A stretch of DNA of 54,266 nucleotides, the filler included, from Sphacelaria rigidula (Eukaryota): the NCBI GenBank assembly GCA_964200075.2. It is 5 parts of 5 records of this genome, joined end to end, with 100 filler letters (N's around TTAATTAATTAA, not from the genome) between each part and the next. Parts side by side here need not be neighbours in the genome. Positions count along the whole stretch, not along the records: positions 32,622 to 43,394 come from CAXNAA020005943.1; positions 43,495 to 54,266 come from CAXNAA020005944.1; 3 more parts are not named here. One strand, given 5' to 3'. The notes under the pieces are model-generated. The model was not told the DNA's origin, did no database searches, and worked only from the letters and a program-made list of their open reading frames with translations. Made by a program: the position numbers and the translations under genes. This document shows, one piece after another, positions 36,001 to 50,113 of the stretch; the first letter of the stretch is position 1, and each line of letters begins with the position of its first letter.

Positions 36001-39000
36001 TTACAACAAGGTCCTGGTCAAAAGTCGGTCGGCCTTGCGGTGAGCCCCCCGCTGCTGTGCAGCAGCACCTATCGTGAGTTGTACGCCTTTCCCCAGTTTG
36101 TCACAGCCCCAGGTGTGACACATAGAGCGGTTTCTGTGGGTTATATTCGTGCGCCCTGTCTTTGTTGTTTTTCTTCATACGCCACATTTTCGATAGCGTA
36201 GGCACTCGCGAGTCGTAAGTATCATCCTATCGTTTATCACATTTTCGTATTGTCCTGCCCAAGAACCGTGTCCTCTGCCCCAGGAATGTTCCAAGACAAC
36301 CCTTGGGAAATAGTACACCACCCACGAAAAAGGAAGAAGCCCTCTTTCCTCCTCCTCCTGCTTCCCCCCTCCCCTCCACAACTACGTGTCCACCCTCACT
36401 GGTCGTTTTCGCAGGGAATGGCATGATCATGTACAGGCCGGAGTGTGCCCAACTTCAAGGCGAGGACACACGGCAACCCTTGTAGTTGGCCGTCGTATGG
36501 TGCACCCGACGCTATCGATGACATCTGCAGCTCCATCGTCAACTCACGCCGACACACAACACCCGGCCGCCACAGAGAGCAGCGACGCCGCTGCCAGTCC
36601 TCGAAGCCCGAGTAGTCCGACGCTTGATAGACGCGGGGGGGATACGGGCGGTGGTGGGAGGCCCGGAAAGATGTCGCCGAGAAGAGGTGCAGCTGGTGAG
36701 CGGGTAGTCACACGATATACAAGAGGGCTACAACCTGCTAGTGAATCTAGATATCAAGTGCACACAGTCTACACATATCCACCCACTGCCATGGATACCA
36801 AGGTGCGTGGAGTTTTGCGCGGTGATATTATTCCAAACCTGTAATCATCTGTCTCGTGCGTGGGAAAGGGTGATCGGTCCGTCGCACTCTCAGGGAATAG
36901 AGCTCTGCCCTGCGCGATTCCCCATGGCAGATGAAACGGCTATCCGCTGAGTAGCTGAATTGGGGACTTGAGAGGACATGTGCTCGGGACTCGTTCACCA
37001 TTAGCTCCACCAGTCGTTGCTACGTCAAGCGTTTTGGCGCTAGAGCCACAAATCATTACGTAGGGCACGCAATGTCGGTGCTTCTTTAGTATGAGAAGAG
37101 CTTTCCCCCCATTCGGCAATGCTACTGAGCACCGCTGCACTTCCAGGCAGACTGTACAAATACGTGCTGCAGTGTCTGTGTTGGGTAACGCGGGTGTGCT
37201 CCCAGTTTGTTTCGCTCTGATCCTCCTCGTACCATGCGCATGAAGATCCAGACGGGGGCCCGGGGTGTTTCTGCCCGGGGGAATCGCCGCAGCAGTCGAC
37301 CTTGTCGCGTTCATGTGTGTGCTACCATTACCAGAGAACACGCGCCCCCACCTTCATCTATTGTGATCATTTCGCACGTGAAATCCCTGATGAACATCTC
37401 AGATGTACATCCCTGATGGTTGTTCATATCTCAGATCCAGATGGATATCCCCGATGGATCTGAGGTCACTGTTGGATATCTCAAATGGATGCCCTAGACG
37501 AATATCGTATCCCAGAGGGGCATTCCCGCAGGGTGTTCCAGATAGGTACCCATATCCCAGATGAGTATCCGTGCTCGAAATGTGTCTGATATCTCAGATG
37601 GGTGTCCCAGATGGGTATCAATATCCCAGATAGAAGTTGAACGACAGCGAAGGACTTCCATGCAGTCTTGCATCAAAATGGCTGTGCCGTGATTCGTGCC
37701 TCGTAACAATGTGGCTCGAGGCTCGAGCAGCATAAGAGATGCGTCGCGCTTTGCACCTTGTGAACGCGAAAGATTATAGTTTTTTTTTTTCAACTTTCCC
37801 GACATAAACGCCGGCCTAGGGAACTCATTTCATACCTAGCTTGTTTCGACCACCGTCTTGCACCCCCGTGGTTGCTCCGTTTCGAAAGGGATGCGTGGTC
37901 AATGGTCAGACGACTAAGGCAAGCAACACATGAGAACGCCCCCCCCTGGAGCGCTTCCCTCACCGTTCACCTGTGATTTGCGGGTGTGTTTCTGTCGTAC
38001 GCGACCCAAGCTTTATGACAAATGTCTGAATAGTGAGTGATCTACAATAGGGCCGGTAAACCCTTTTAGGTCAGAAGGCGACCACGCAAGAGATCGATCG
38101 CCCTGTTTCAGTATTTCGTTGGGTTTACCGAGGTTCGAGACGCGTTCGTCGCAAGGCGGCACACTTTATTTCTCTTCATGCGAATGGGAGTTGTCCATTA
38201 CCGTATACGCACACGTGTCAAGCATCTCCGAGCTTTCGCGTCGATACATCGTGATTTCGTACACTCACTGGTGCATATAGACAGATAAACACGTAGTTAT
38301 GTCTGTGGATGTCTGTGCTCAGGCAACTGGTGTTCGGAGAAATGCATCCGTAGCAAGGTCTTATCTTACGTACCAAACGTTTCGACCCGAAGTTCGCTAC
38401 GTCAAGATCACCTCTCGAATTGCATTAAACGTTGCCACGCGGCCCAGAGCGAATGCCACAGATGTCACACACAAGACAACGCATTTCTGTCTGACCTCCC
38501 GATCATCTTGTGCTGCGCCTCGTGTGTGGAACTTGTTGGCGACACTTTTCGTTCTGCCCCTTCCTACCGCCCCCTCCCGGCAGAATGAGAGTTAGGTTCG
38601 AGAGTACCGAGACGAACCAGGCTTAAACTCACATTCTAGCGAAGAAGGGGTTGGTGAAGTCGCGGTAGAGATGGAGAAGGGGTTCGTGAAGTCACGGTAT
38701 AGTTTTTGCGAGACAAAACTCGTGCGTGAAGTGTCGAAACGTTGTACGCTGAGCTTCTGAACCATATTCCCCTCCCCCTCCCCTCTCCTCCCCTTTTCCT
38801 CTGACTTTTCTTATTCGACTTTTACTATTCGACTCCCGTCAGGCGTTCACGGGGAAGATTCTTCGTTGTCCTCCGCAAGCAGTAGGACCAGGGGGCGTAG
38901 ACGGGGTGCCGACGGTTGGGTGGGTGAAGGCGATCATGAGAGGGAGGGTAAGGACTGCACTTCCAGGGAAATGTTCGTTATTGGCGGGGCAGGAACGGAC

Positions 39001-42000
39001 CCCATTAGGGTGAGAGAGCTACATTTGAGGGGGGAAGTTGCTCGATATGTGGTATAGACGGGTGGTATCTGCATGTGTATTCGAGGTTTTCCTTGTCTTG
39101 TGCTGCGTAGTACGTGAAAGGTATGGTATCCCTCAGTCGGGCCTTTTGCCTGTTTGGTTCCATTTCGCGCACTTTTGTGCTTACTTTATTGTGGAAGCGT
39201 TTCCGTTCTCATCACGTTTGCCCCTCAATTAAACACATGCGCACAACAACAACAGCAACAGCAACAACAACTAGTACTGTAGCTAGTGAAAGGATGAACC
39301 TGAAGACATATACTCGACTCGAAATCATGGCTTGGGTACAGTGTAAATCTCTTCGTGGGAGACTGCGCTCCATTGTTGGTTTCTCACCACATACCCCATG
39401 AACATGCAAAAATACACTAACCACGACATGCATATACTCAGAGGATAGACTGATTGTATAATTTCAGATGAACCCGGAAATCTGACTAAACATACGAAAT
39501 ATCGCGTCAGACGCTCGGCTGACATGGTGTTAGATGATGGAGTAGGGAGGCCGTGAACCGAAAGTTTGTAGAACAATTTACACATCGCATAGCTCATGAG
39601 GCATCTAAATCAGCTAATCGGAGAGGGCTTTCAGAGTCGTTGTCCAAGAACACAAAAAGCGTGACAGCGGGGTCCGAGAAGCCAACGCGTTACCTTTGCG
39701 CTACTACTCCGCGTGCCCGGCGTCCGGCGCTTTAGGGAGCAAGTATGGACGAGCGGGACAAAAGGCTAGCCCATGATCCGGATCGGTACAATAACAGGAA
39801 GTAATATTCAGGCAGCTCATGAGCTGCCTGATGTGTGTAATGTTTGATTTATACCCACTTGGGCGTACAGTACACGCACCCAGGCCAACTACGTGTTGTT
39901 CGTTGGGTCTCCTCCCCGAACCCTCCAAAAACAGACACAAAATTCGCCGCCAACGCTAACCAATGTGACAGAACATGGAGGTCGTACATCCGCAGTTATG
40001 GATATTTGACTTCAACGCGAGGTCATGGTCCTGCGTGGAAGCTCGGGAGGGCGGCAAGGGGCGTTCTGGGAGCAAGGGTGGAGGACCTGGTCCCCCTGCG
40101 GTGTTCGACCACACAGCCACGCTGGTGGGGCGAAAACACATCTTTGTGGTCGGCGGAGCTATGGTTGGGACTGCCCTTAACAGTGAGGTACGACCGTTGC
40201 GATGGAGGTACGCGAAAAAAGTATGAAGTAATGTTGAGTTATGATTTGTGCCAAATAGAATCGCCCCTCGAATCTCCTGCGGGATAGTGTTCATCCGTGT
40301 ACAACCAGCCGGTACGCCGGGGCAAAAGGGTGTTGCCTTTGCCTACAACTGAAGCTATTTTGCTGTTTGGCGTCCGAATCTGTTAAACTGTCGACTGTAT
40401 CAATCATATTGTCGGTCGTCCCAAATCTTGAGCGTGGCGTTGCTGCCTTTTGTTTTTTATCAAAGCAACGAACGTACCGTGCACTGTTAGTTCTGACATA
40501 TGCAGCATATATATATATCATGAAAATATTATGCTTATATCATCATCTTCTTCATGTATGTTCTTTCGCGCCGCTTGGCATACAAGATTAGATAGACGAT
40601 CTTTATATTGATATTATATAATTACCTAGATTGTTGAAAAAATGCTCTGAATACACCGTAAACCGTGCGTGAAAAATGATCTGACGAGTCATGCTTGGGG
40701 AAACGTTCCCCTCCCGCACATTACACACCCGACAAAACTCGCTGTAAAGCACTTTTCTTCTGCCCTGCCCCTATCGCAGGTGTATGTTCTTACTCTTGAC
40801 TCTCTGCAGTGGTCAATATTCGACCCTAACCCTGTTGGCTTTCCTGCGCCAGCCATCCACGGGCACACGGCTGTTGAAGATCCCGTGGTGCCCGGGCGTT
40901 TGATCGTCTTCGGGGGCCGGGGAGGAAGTCACTGGAACACCGAGGTACTCTACTGTATTGGCCTCAGACATTGCCGGCCGCCCGAACCAGAATTGTGCCT
41001 ACTTGGCGTTTGCACGGGGATCAATGACACATTACCCAGTATTTATCGCTGCTGTTGGTGAAGCGGAGAAGTAAATGTCAAGAGGATTCAGTGCAGCGTA
41101 TGCGAGGGGCAGGTGTTTTCTAAACCGCGTTTTTTTGGCTTCCCGAAAAACTGTAGACTGACGGGTAGGTAAACATCAAAGTTCGATGAAACACGTAAAC
41201 CAGGAAATGCAATCCATGATGTCATGCACTGCATAATCCAGGAAATAGACTCCATGATATAATGCACTGGGTACTGGGTATGCGTGCTCCTTTAGCACTC
41301 GTCATTGTATATGCGTTCCGATAGAGTCTCTTGAGTACAACGTTTTGGCACGATTTGGTCATCATCTACAAGTGTTTGTGGTGCATGTACAACCGACTCT
41401 GCGAAGAATCGAAGTGATCCGGAGAAAGAGAAGCGTTGGAGAAGGATGAATGCCGCAAAAAATAAAAAAAACGTTCCCCACAACCTCTACACCTACTCCG
41501 ATGCGTTCATGTATGAACCAATCCGGACTGTTTTTTTTCATGATATTTTTCCTATAGCTTCTTGCCGCAACCCACACACACAGGTGCTGACATTTGCTAC
41601 CAAGAAATCATTGTGGAGCATTGCGGTTTGCGAGTCTTGCGAAGAAACTGTGCAGGACGATGTCACCGATGGGGGAAATCAATTGACGTCAGACGCTGGC
41701 GAGGCGCAAAAGTCAGGAGTAACAAGAACAGGCTGGGGAGTAGCACACAGTACCCACCATGCCGTCACGCCGGCTGCGGCAACCGATGGACGGAAACCCT
41801 CGCTCACCCCAGTGAGCCTCAGTCGACAACAGTCTTCGTTCAAACCGTTACCGAACAGTCGGTCAAATTCCCTCAAAAACGACAATATTAATGATGGTAA
41901 TTGCACCACCGGAGGGGGAACAACGATTTTGGGTAATGACGACAGCACAGTAGCACGTGACGGCAGTGTAAGGACGTCGAACGATCAAGAAAAGAGAGAG

Positions 42001-42387
42001 ACCTCGACCTCTAAGGGCAACGTCAACGTCAACAGCAACAACACAGATGGCGAGGACAACGGTAATGAAAGATCGTTCGGGCTAGCGGAAACGACATCGT
42101 CCGATCTGTCTTCCTCGCAAAACCAGCAACAACAGCAGCGCCAACAGCAGCGCCAACAGCATCAACTGAAACAGCGACAACGACGGCCGCCTATGCCGCA
42201 CCAACGCAACGGACACATGTGCTTTGCATGGGACCCACGAGAGACCGCGCTTGCGGGAAGGGGTAGAGGGGCGACTTTTCCAGATTCGTCACGTGATAGT
42301 GCTGGTCGTGCGACGAGCAGCAAGTCTCCGCGGCCGGGTTCGGGAAAAACGGGAATGCTTGGCGCCCGTGGAGGCAATGGGAAGGAG
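33037..42387 (+). CDS. Kelch-repeat (beta-propeller) protein, internal 7 exons, 5' and 3' partial: join(33037..33189,35207..35357,36415..36695,38843..39009,39972..40187,40780..40944,41584..42387)
   Basis: GT-AG junctions with consistent phases. Kelch motifs LYLFGG, PAPRQGHTM, LWVFGG, PTSRRGHTAT, MFVIGG, FDHTATLV, IFVVGG, IHGHTAV, LIVFGG, QRNGHMC, each with a downstream Trp. Confidence 0.87.
35207..35357 (+). CDS. Kelch gene exon (DGRSSLWVFGGQG...CFNDFFEFNTAT), absent from the ORF track in this frame
   Basis: acctag acceptor, gtgagt donor; phase 1/2 fits both neighbouring exons. Confidence 0.85.
37395..37632. repeat. Intronic element made of (GATAT)CCCAGATG subrepeats
   Basis: About 10 recurrences of atcccagat/atctcagat. 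Confidence 0.55.
41584..42387 (+). CDS. Kelch gene large exon with a low-complexity insert
   Basis: acacag acceptor, gtatga donor; within ORF 41446..42393. Confidence 0.8.
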
Positions 42388-42600
42388 GTATGATTTGCGA
42401 TGGGCACTCACGGTTATTGTGAGATCGGACCTTCGCGCAGCTTTGAGAACAAGACACTTGTTTGTGATATCGAACCTTGACCTTCAGTAAAAAGAGGGAC
42501 TTTTGTGAGCACAGCGACAAATAATATGTCTCGATCTGACGGTCGGATACATTCCTGCCGCTACATGTACACATGTATATATCCCCCCCCCCCGCGCGCC

Positions 42601-42905
42601 AACCCTCCCTTTTCTGTAACCTACCATAACACAGCCCGGGCATGGACATGGAACAGGGAAGCTAGCCCTCCTTTCTCTTGAACCTACCAGAACACAGCCC
42701 GGATATAGGCACGAAATAGAGAAGCTAGCCTTCCTTTTTCTTTCATAACACAGGCCGGACGTAGACATGAAAATAGAGAAGCTAATCCTTTTTTTGTTTT
42801 ACTTACCAAAACACAGACCAAACATAGACACGGAACAGAGAAGCTAACCCTCCTTTTTATATACCCTGCCATAACACAGCCCGAACATAAACGTGGAATA
42901 GCGAA
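42601..42905. repeat. Minisatellite, about 5 units of ~60 bp
   Basis: Unit approx. cctcctttt...acctaccataacacagcccggacatagacatggaacagagaagcta. Confidence 0.8.
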
Positions 42906-43394
42906 AACTATCAGATCTCTTGTCTCATATCAACTCGGAAAACAACCGAGATCCCCCCCCTCCATATAATAATAAACGTAAGACAAGCATAAAGCCAAAA
43001 CCTAGACATGAAAGTAATAGCGTGAAGATTGACCACCATACATGAAATCGAAAGTATATAATATATAAGTAGCACGGATAGGGTAGGGTCATGACCCCCT
43101 CCCTGTCAAATTCATACGGAGGATGGAGTCTCGTGGTGAGATACCCGTGAAACCTCACCGGTTTCCAGTAGGCGGTGGAAATCTCGTTAGTCATTTCCAG
43201 AAATTTCCGACATTAGGTGCAAAAGGCACCTGATGAAGGAAAGGGGTGGACACTCCATGACATAAACGTCGAGACCTACTGCACTCATGAAAGAAACACC
43301 GTACCCATGACAGACCACATGGCCTACGAGAAGGAGCACCACGCGGTACGTAGACTTCTTGAGATCTTGAAGGATAGAAGCTGGTACAAAGTGT

Positions 43395-43494
43395 NNNNNN
43401 NNNNNNNNNNNNNNNNNNNNNNNNNNNNNNNNNNNNNNTTAATTAATTAANNNNNNNNNNNNNNNNNNNNNNNNNNNNNNNNNNNNNNNNNNNN
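43395..43494. other. Artificial contig linker
   Basis: N44-TTAATTAATTAA-N44. Confidence 0.97.
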
Positions 43495-45949
43495 GTGCCG
43501 GTACACGAAGCACTATTCACTTTTCTGTGCTTCAGACTAACCGACAGCGAAGGGGATGTGGCCGGTACCATAGTACGGGGAAAAAACATCGAGGATATTG
43601 TAGATTGCACATCGTGAACAAGGTTGCGTAGTGGTGTACGGTGGTTCACCGCAGTTGGCAATTGCTTTGTAAAAACAGACCTTGACGGAACCCACTCGGG
43701 GTTTCCTTGTCCGGGCCCAGCAAAGCATAGCACAGCAACACGGATACACTACGCCGGGCTAGGCTAGGCTACACTAGACTAGACTACAATACACACTATA
43801 GCACATCACGGCACAGTTCCGCACAAACCAGCACGGCAGCGTACTGTGTGCTCCCACAATACAACACTGTACGCTGCACTACACTACACTCACGGGCTCA
43901 CTACACTTACCACATCGGAACAAGCCCAACGCAGAGCAGCGCAGCATAACACAGAACATTACTGTGATACCCTACCCTACCGTGAACGGTACCGACTGCG
44001 CACACGATGGTTTCAGAAGTTTTGGCGATGTGACATGTTGACTCTTAGTCAACTCAGAGCCATTATTTCAATGAATAGATCATACTAGTCGTACATCATT
44101 TGTAATTCATACAGCTTCTTAGCTCGTGCGTGGCTCAGTATAACCCGAAGGTTCTGGCTTCATAGCTTCCATGACTTCCGGGGTAAATAATGGGCACATA
44201 AGTCAACTCTGCGCTGAAAATGTGGATGCATATATTGTACATGTCACGCATTTCTTATTATCATGAGTCGGGAATGTCATGTACAACTTGCTTGGCCAAC
44301 TTGTTGGGAATGAGCGCCCGCACATTTTTCCCACCTTCGGACTAATGCGGGACTGACAAGTTGTATACAGGTTGATTCTTCACTTCCGATGGGCCCTGCA
44401 CCGCGCGTAAATTTCTCACAGCTGTNNNNNNNNNNACGGTTTATACAGGATGACTGCTTGCGCGTCATGGCGAGTCGACTCGTATAAATCTTGATTTGTC
44501 CTAACCGTGCAAAATTTGCAGTCGGCACGCAGTCCTGTCTACATATTTTTGAAAGCGCCATGGTGTTTTGGATCTTGGGTCTCATATGCAACGAACGAAG
44601 CGCATCGTGCCTACACTCATCATTTCCATTCTGTACTTCAGGTTCTACTACGGTGCGTCTGAACCTTGCGTGGACAGTTTGATCTGTGGTAGACATCACC
44701 TAGGCTACTGTACGGCTGCGGTTTTCCGGTCTGAACGGGATTGGGGTGGGAACAGTGTTCATCTATAGAGTTGAAGACAGTCATGTGGTGGCTGTGCAGC
44801 TGTTGTGCCGTTGGGTGCTGTTGTCTAGGTGCTGAACTCCTCGTTTTCGAATATGTGCCGTTATACACATTTTCTTCTCGCCTCTCAAAATCACCGATGC
44901 ACCAAATAGCGATCGAAATCCATCGTATGTTGATTTCGCTTTTGTCCCATAGTAAGAGTTGGCCTGAGGGAGAGAGTTTTCAACCAGTCCCAAAGCCACA
45001 CATGTGGGCGGGCGAAGGTGGTGCGGAACAATCGAACAGGTTAGACCGAGTATTCATGGATCACGCAAATGTGTTTGTTATTTTTCTAGACAGGTACAGG
45101 GGAATATCCCAGCAACGACACGCAGGAAACGACCGTTGATGGAAGATATGTCACACACGAAAAAAGTGAAGGGTCTCGCCAACAGTAGACAAGGACGCCA
45201 TGCCGCACCAAGCAACCACGAGAGGAAACGTGTGCCGGTCAACACGCTGAAGGAGTCTCGCCAACAGCAAAAGTCGAAATGCTGCTTTTTGCAACACCGC
45301 ACACCGACCGAGTACACATCGCAACGTAAATGAATCGCATCCCGCTCAACAAAGGCTCGGCACTGCTAGAGCGACTCGAAAGGCTGCCAGGCGTGTAGCG
45401 GGTATCTGGCGTTCCTGAGCGTCCAGAAGAGCTGCAAGAGCCGTAGGTGCCGGCAAGGCGATCCTTGATGACACTGTATTCAGGTTAGGATCGACGACAG
45501 GTGGACTTGAAGCTTGAACTGCGGACGGGAACGTGGAAGAACCCAACTCTTACAGGTTTGTAATAAATTTAGCGTCCATGGTTGATTCTGTCCGATCAAG
45601 AAATATCGATTTTAGCATGCAGCAGGAGATGATGGCTGCTCAAAAGACGTGGGGCAGCTCACTAAATAATCTTGCCCACACAGAGATGCATCAGGTGGCG
45701 CGAAATTCGCACTGTGGGCTGAGATCCGTTTTTAGGAATCGACCGATCAAGGGATGACCCATGCGTATAAAGATGACCGCAACATGATCGTATTTAATTT
45801 AGTATCTGCAACAGATCCGGCGTTCGTCCTGTCGTCTGAGGAGGCGACATCAATTTTCGCATGCCGCAGGAAACGATAGCTGCTCACAGGCATAGGGAAG
45901 CTCACGAAATGATCTTGCCTACAAAGAGATACTTTGAGTGGCGGAAGAA

Positions 45950-46255
45950 GGTCGGGTAGGGTATGTACTTTTGAATACTCAAATAAAATACCCAAGTATG
46001 TACTCTACCCAAGGTTTGGGCAGATTGGGTACGGCCTCACATAGTCTACCCAAATAATGGAAATTGGCTACGACCTCAATAATCTACCCGACTACTAGGT
46101 AGGCACTCTCAGGACTACCTGGGTATAGAGTGTGACTTGGGTATGCCCTCAATACTTTATCCAATGTTTGGGTTTTTTTGGGTACGATCTCAAATGCTTC
46201 ACCCAACTTTAGGGTATTTGGGGTACGATTTCACTACTCTACCAAAATATCGGGT
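45950..46255. mobile_element. Truncated copy of the TACCCAA-subrepeat MITE family
   Basis: Collinear with 46916-47225. Confidence 0.65.
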
Positions 46256-46915
46256 GAGGCCACGTCTTAGCACATCACTCTCCAATAATGTAAAAAAAAA
46301 GTGCGGTGAAACTGACTTGAGCGATTTTGATAATTTCTCGCGAGTTGGGACCAAACGAATTTGCAAGCTTTCAAGACAGTGCAATTCGTGAAGCGGCATC
46401 TGTTTGCTTGTCCACAGTACAGTACTGCACTGTCTGCACTGTATGCATTCAGTGTGCCTGAGTGCATGTGTGCGTGTTTCGTCCAGTAGGATTTGAACGA
46501 AAACGGGGCAACGTGCAGTGCAGACAGGGCAGGACTACCTGTACTCTCTGCTTACAGTGCGACGTGAAAAGGACTTGAGTAACCTGCAGCTCAGTACTGC
46601 CTGCACAGTCCGTGAGTGTACGAAAGTCGGTCGTCAATCCTACCACGCAGTTCTGTCGGCGATCTCTACCATGAAATAGGTGCTCACGTTTTCACCAACA
46701 AAAACATACACAACTACTTCAGTATATCTATCCCTGTGCCAACTCGTGCTCTATGCTACAGAGTTGCGGTGGTAGCTGAGAATGAGTTGTGTGGAGTCTG
46801 CATGGTTCTGTAAACGGGTGGTATATCTGGCGTGATGATCTGCAAGATAGGAATCAAGTGCACCTTCCTACAGTACCTTTCCTCCGCACATGTTTTCGAT
46901 CGAAAAGGCTGAGGG

Positions 46916-47288
46916 CAGGTCGGGTAGATAAATGTACTGTTGAATACTTGGATACAATACCCGGGAGTAAATGTACTCTACTCAAATTTTGGGTAGATTG
47001 GGGATTACCTTAATACTCAACCCAAATTTCGGGTAGATAGGATACGACCCAAGTACTCTACTCGCATATTGGGTGAGCACTTTCACCAATACCTGGGCAC
47101 AGAGTATCACTTGGGTATGGCCTCAGTACTCTGCCCAAATTTTGGGTATCTTCGGTGCAATCTCAAATACTCTGCCCAATACATGGGTATTTTGGGGTAC
47201 GATTTTATTGCTTTACCCAAATGTTTGGACACACTAAGAGAATGACTTTACAGAAATACCGAGTATTGGGTATACCCCACCCGACCTG
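46916..47288. mobile_element. MITE with CAGGTCGGGT TIRs and internal palindromic subrepeats (TACTCTACCCAAATTTTGGGTA)
   Basis: Termini CAGGTCGGGT / ACCCGACCTG; no TSD seen. Confidence 0.7.
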
Positions 47289-49864
47289 TCCTTGCAAGAT
47301 TCGCACTGTGCTCTGAGATCAGCTCTGTGGGTCAATCGGTCAAGGCGTGATCCGTCGGGGGGAAATATTACACCTCTTCTCCTATTTTGGATGACAGACC
47401 CATTATCCTGTGGCAGCTTGGGAATTCCGGGAGCGCAGATAACACTTCCCTCGCTACAGCAAAAACGTCGTGCATGGGCTGGGAGCTCAAGTGCATGTCA
47501 CAACCCCAACTGTACTAGCGGGGATCCGTTGCGTTGAGAGCGGGACAAGCACGCATGCACAACCATCGCCATCGCTGGTATGTGAGTCTCTTTCTGTGCA
47601 AGCTGCGCCGCTCGGTTATGAGAATCGTACTTACAAACACACGCGTGAGCCATAGATGGGTTTACGGCTTCCGATATTGCACAGGGATTGTGCATTTGTG
47701 TATTTCGATTTCGGGCCAAAATCGTAGACCTGCAACTTGCGTGCCTTTTGTCGGGACAATAAAATGGGTAGACTTTAGTGTTCATTTGCATACAATGTCA
47801 GAAGTCAACATCTCCCTGCGCGAAACACAACTGACAACAGTCCTGCATCACAGGATATACACTTTCATGGTCTGTGCCCGACGCCTGAACATGTTGCACA
47901 GCTGGCCTTAGCATCATAGACTATGCCAAGAAGGTACTGAGATCGCAGCTTGTGAATTCACCCTTGCCATTAGGAGGAAATTTCAACTCTCGTATACCCA
48001 GAAGATTCAAAATGCACAGTACGCTTGTGATAACTTCGAATGGTCAATGTGTTCTTCTGTTCTTTTCCTCTTCTTCGTGCCAAATCTCAGATATTCCCAT
48101 TCCTGAAAGCTTGGGAATTCCACATACTGTTCATGACTTCCCCAGTGGTACTTGTTTTGGTCACAACTCTCGAACAGCGACGATTCGGGTGTTGATACAG
48201 CTGTCGCAATTTCCGCCCATGTGCCGGCAAAACCCACATTATAATGTCAGTACCATCGGGCAACAATACAGCTACGTTGAGTCTCTCACACATGGCCTCG
48301 GTCCCCTCCAGCGAAAGACGTGCGACGAGATACTGGAGAATACCCAACGCTCAAAATGAGCACAGTACTCGACATTCGCTGTGAGCCTCCGTTTCAACGA
48401 CATTCGGAGGGATGGGTTGGGGGTACTGAGTATAGTGGCGGGTGGGGGGAGATTCTAGCGAACATCGTGTCATGAGACACTGATGATGAGGTGAGTGTAC
48501 CTCAGAGCACCTGAGAGTCGTGCGACAAGTGCTGTAGCCCCCTCCACCGCCCTCTCCTTGCCCACCAGAAAGTCAAGTTTTAACTGCAAAGGGCTTGATA
48601 TTTTTTGCCGACTTCACGGCATCCTTGTACTGTACTATATGAAAAATTGACTCCAAGGTCGACGAGGGACAAGGAACCGCTGAACCCTTCCCGCGATAAG
48701 GAGAAAGTCACCACCGCAGAAAAGAGGTGAAGTAGTCAAATCGAGTTTTAAACGCCTGCGTTGACCTTCCTCCTGTGGGACCCCAGCTGATGCGCCCACA
48801 CATACCGGAAGGTGTAGGCACTAGTCCAGAATAGATGGGAAAAAAACGCACACACTGAGATGCAGACCCTTATCATTATGAACAAAATGGTTGTAATCCC
48901 GAAACAAGATCACCCTGTGGCACGTTTGTACAAGTGGTTCGTTCCACTTTTTCACCTCTCTCGTGAAAGCATGTTGCGCTGAAAAGAGTAGGGTTGACGA
49001 CGCGAGGTAGTCGTCATATTCCCGTGGTCGACACAACCTGAATTCTTCCAACTCTAACTCTAACCCCATGAGATGGGCCAGCCGCAAAACTTACAAACGC
49101 AAAGCACCACACAGCTTTTCCTGTTTCCCTAATCAGCCCGACTTGAGCATATCGCAGTGCAAAGCACACCAACCTGGTCAGGCGCCCTCTGCTGCTAGCA
49201 CAAAAGAATGAAAACAAAGCGTACCGCATAAAATATAACCTTACCCCTCAGATATCCGGGGGTTTTCAGGGGGCAGAGAGGTGGTTTTCGACAGTAGGAT
49301 GGGGGCCTGTTCGTAGAGCAGCCCAAAAGCTCACCAAGTCAACCATGTATGTTTGGATGTTTCCCACGGGAAGTAATAAGCCGAGAACACGGCCTGAGGA
49401 GAGCGGAGAACAATTCTGACCAATCATGGGTATCAACGTTGTCATTGTATTCCCTTTACAGGTGGACTACACGCGGGCTACTTCGCTGTCTAGCCGAATT
49501 TCTCATTCCGGTCATGACAATTTAACCACAAATTACATGGGCAAAACAAACAACGTGACTTCAACTCTGCTCGTGACCTGTGCCGCCTGCCTGACCCCTC
49601 ACATGTTGCCAGCACAGCTTCACACCGTCTGTGGTGCTGTTGTGGAACACTAAGCGGAGATATCAGCAGTATGCAGTTCGTTGTTTCAAGTGAAGAGGGA
49701 TGGATTGCTGACTGTTTCTTGCCGTTGTATCCTGCGAAGACATACAGCGCACATACTGACTCCAAACGCAATAGTCTACAGGGTCAAACCGATCGAGGGT
49801 TCCCTAAGATTATTTCCTATATAAATGTCCAACGTTCACACGATTGTGAGGGTGTTTTGTGCAT

Positions 49865-50113
49865 TGTGGCGAAATCACGCCGTCACGGTTGAGTATATAG
49901 TGGATCCTGGATGATGACTAGGGAACAAGGGCATCCTGTGGATGATGGCCCTTGCTGTGTAGCCCAGGCCTGATGGTAGGCTACAGGTGTTTACTCCGAA
50001 ATAATGAAAAGGTCCTGTAAAGGCTGAAAACCGAGACCTTGAGGCCAGTGGAGCTGGGGAGTCCCTCAACAGCATTTAGACGCTGCAGTACTAGCAAACC
50101 TGCTAGCGTCACA
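49865..50113 (+). repeat. Candidate 5' LTR
   Basis: TGTGGCG...CGTCACA termini (TG...CA with a short inverted repeat); the second LTR is not in the window. Confidence 0.45.

Noticed and set aside
43720..43995. Pentamer-periodic tract (ACACT/ACAGC/CTACA)
   Set aside because: Degenerate microsatellite with no evidence of coding or structure
45950..47288. Telomere-like TACCCAA/TTGGGTA repeats
   Set aside because: Not a tandem telomeric array; they are palindromic subrepeats inside a TIR-bounded element present twice
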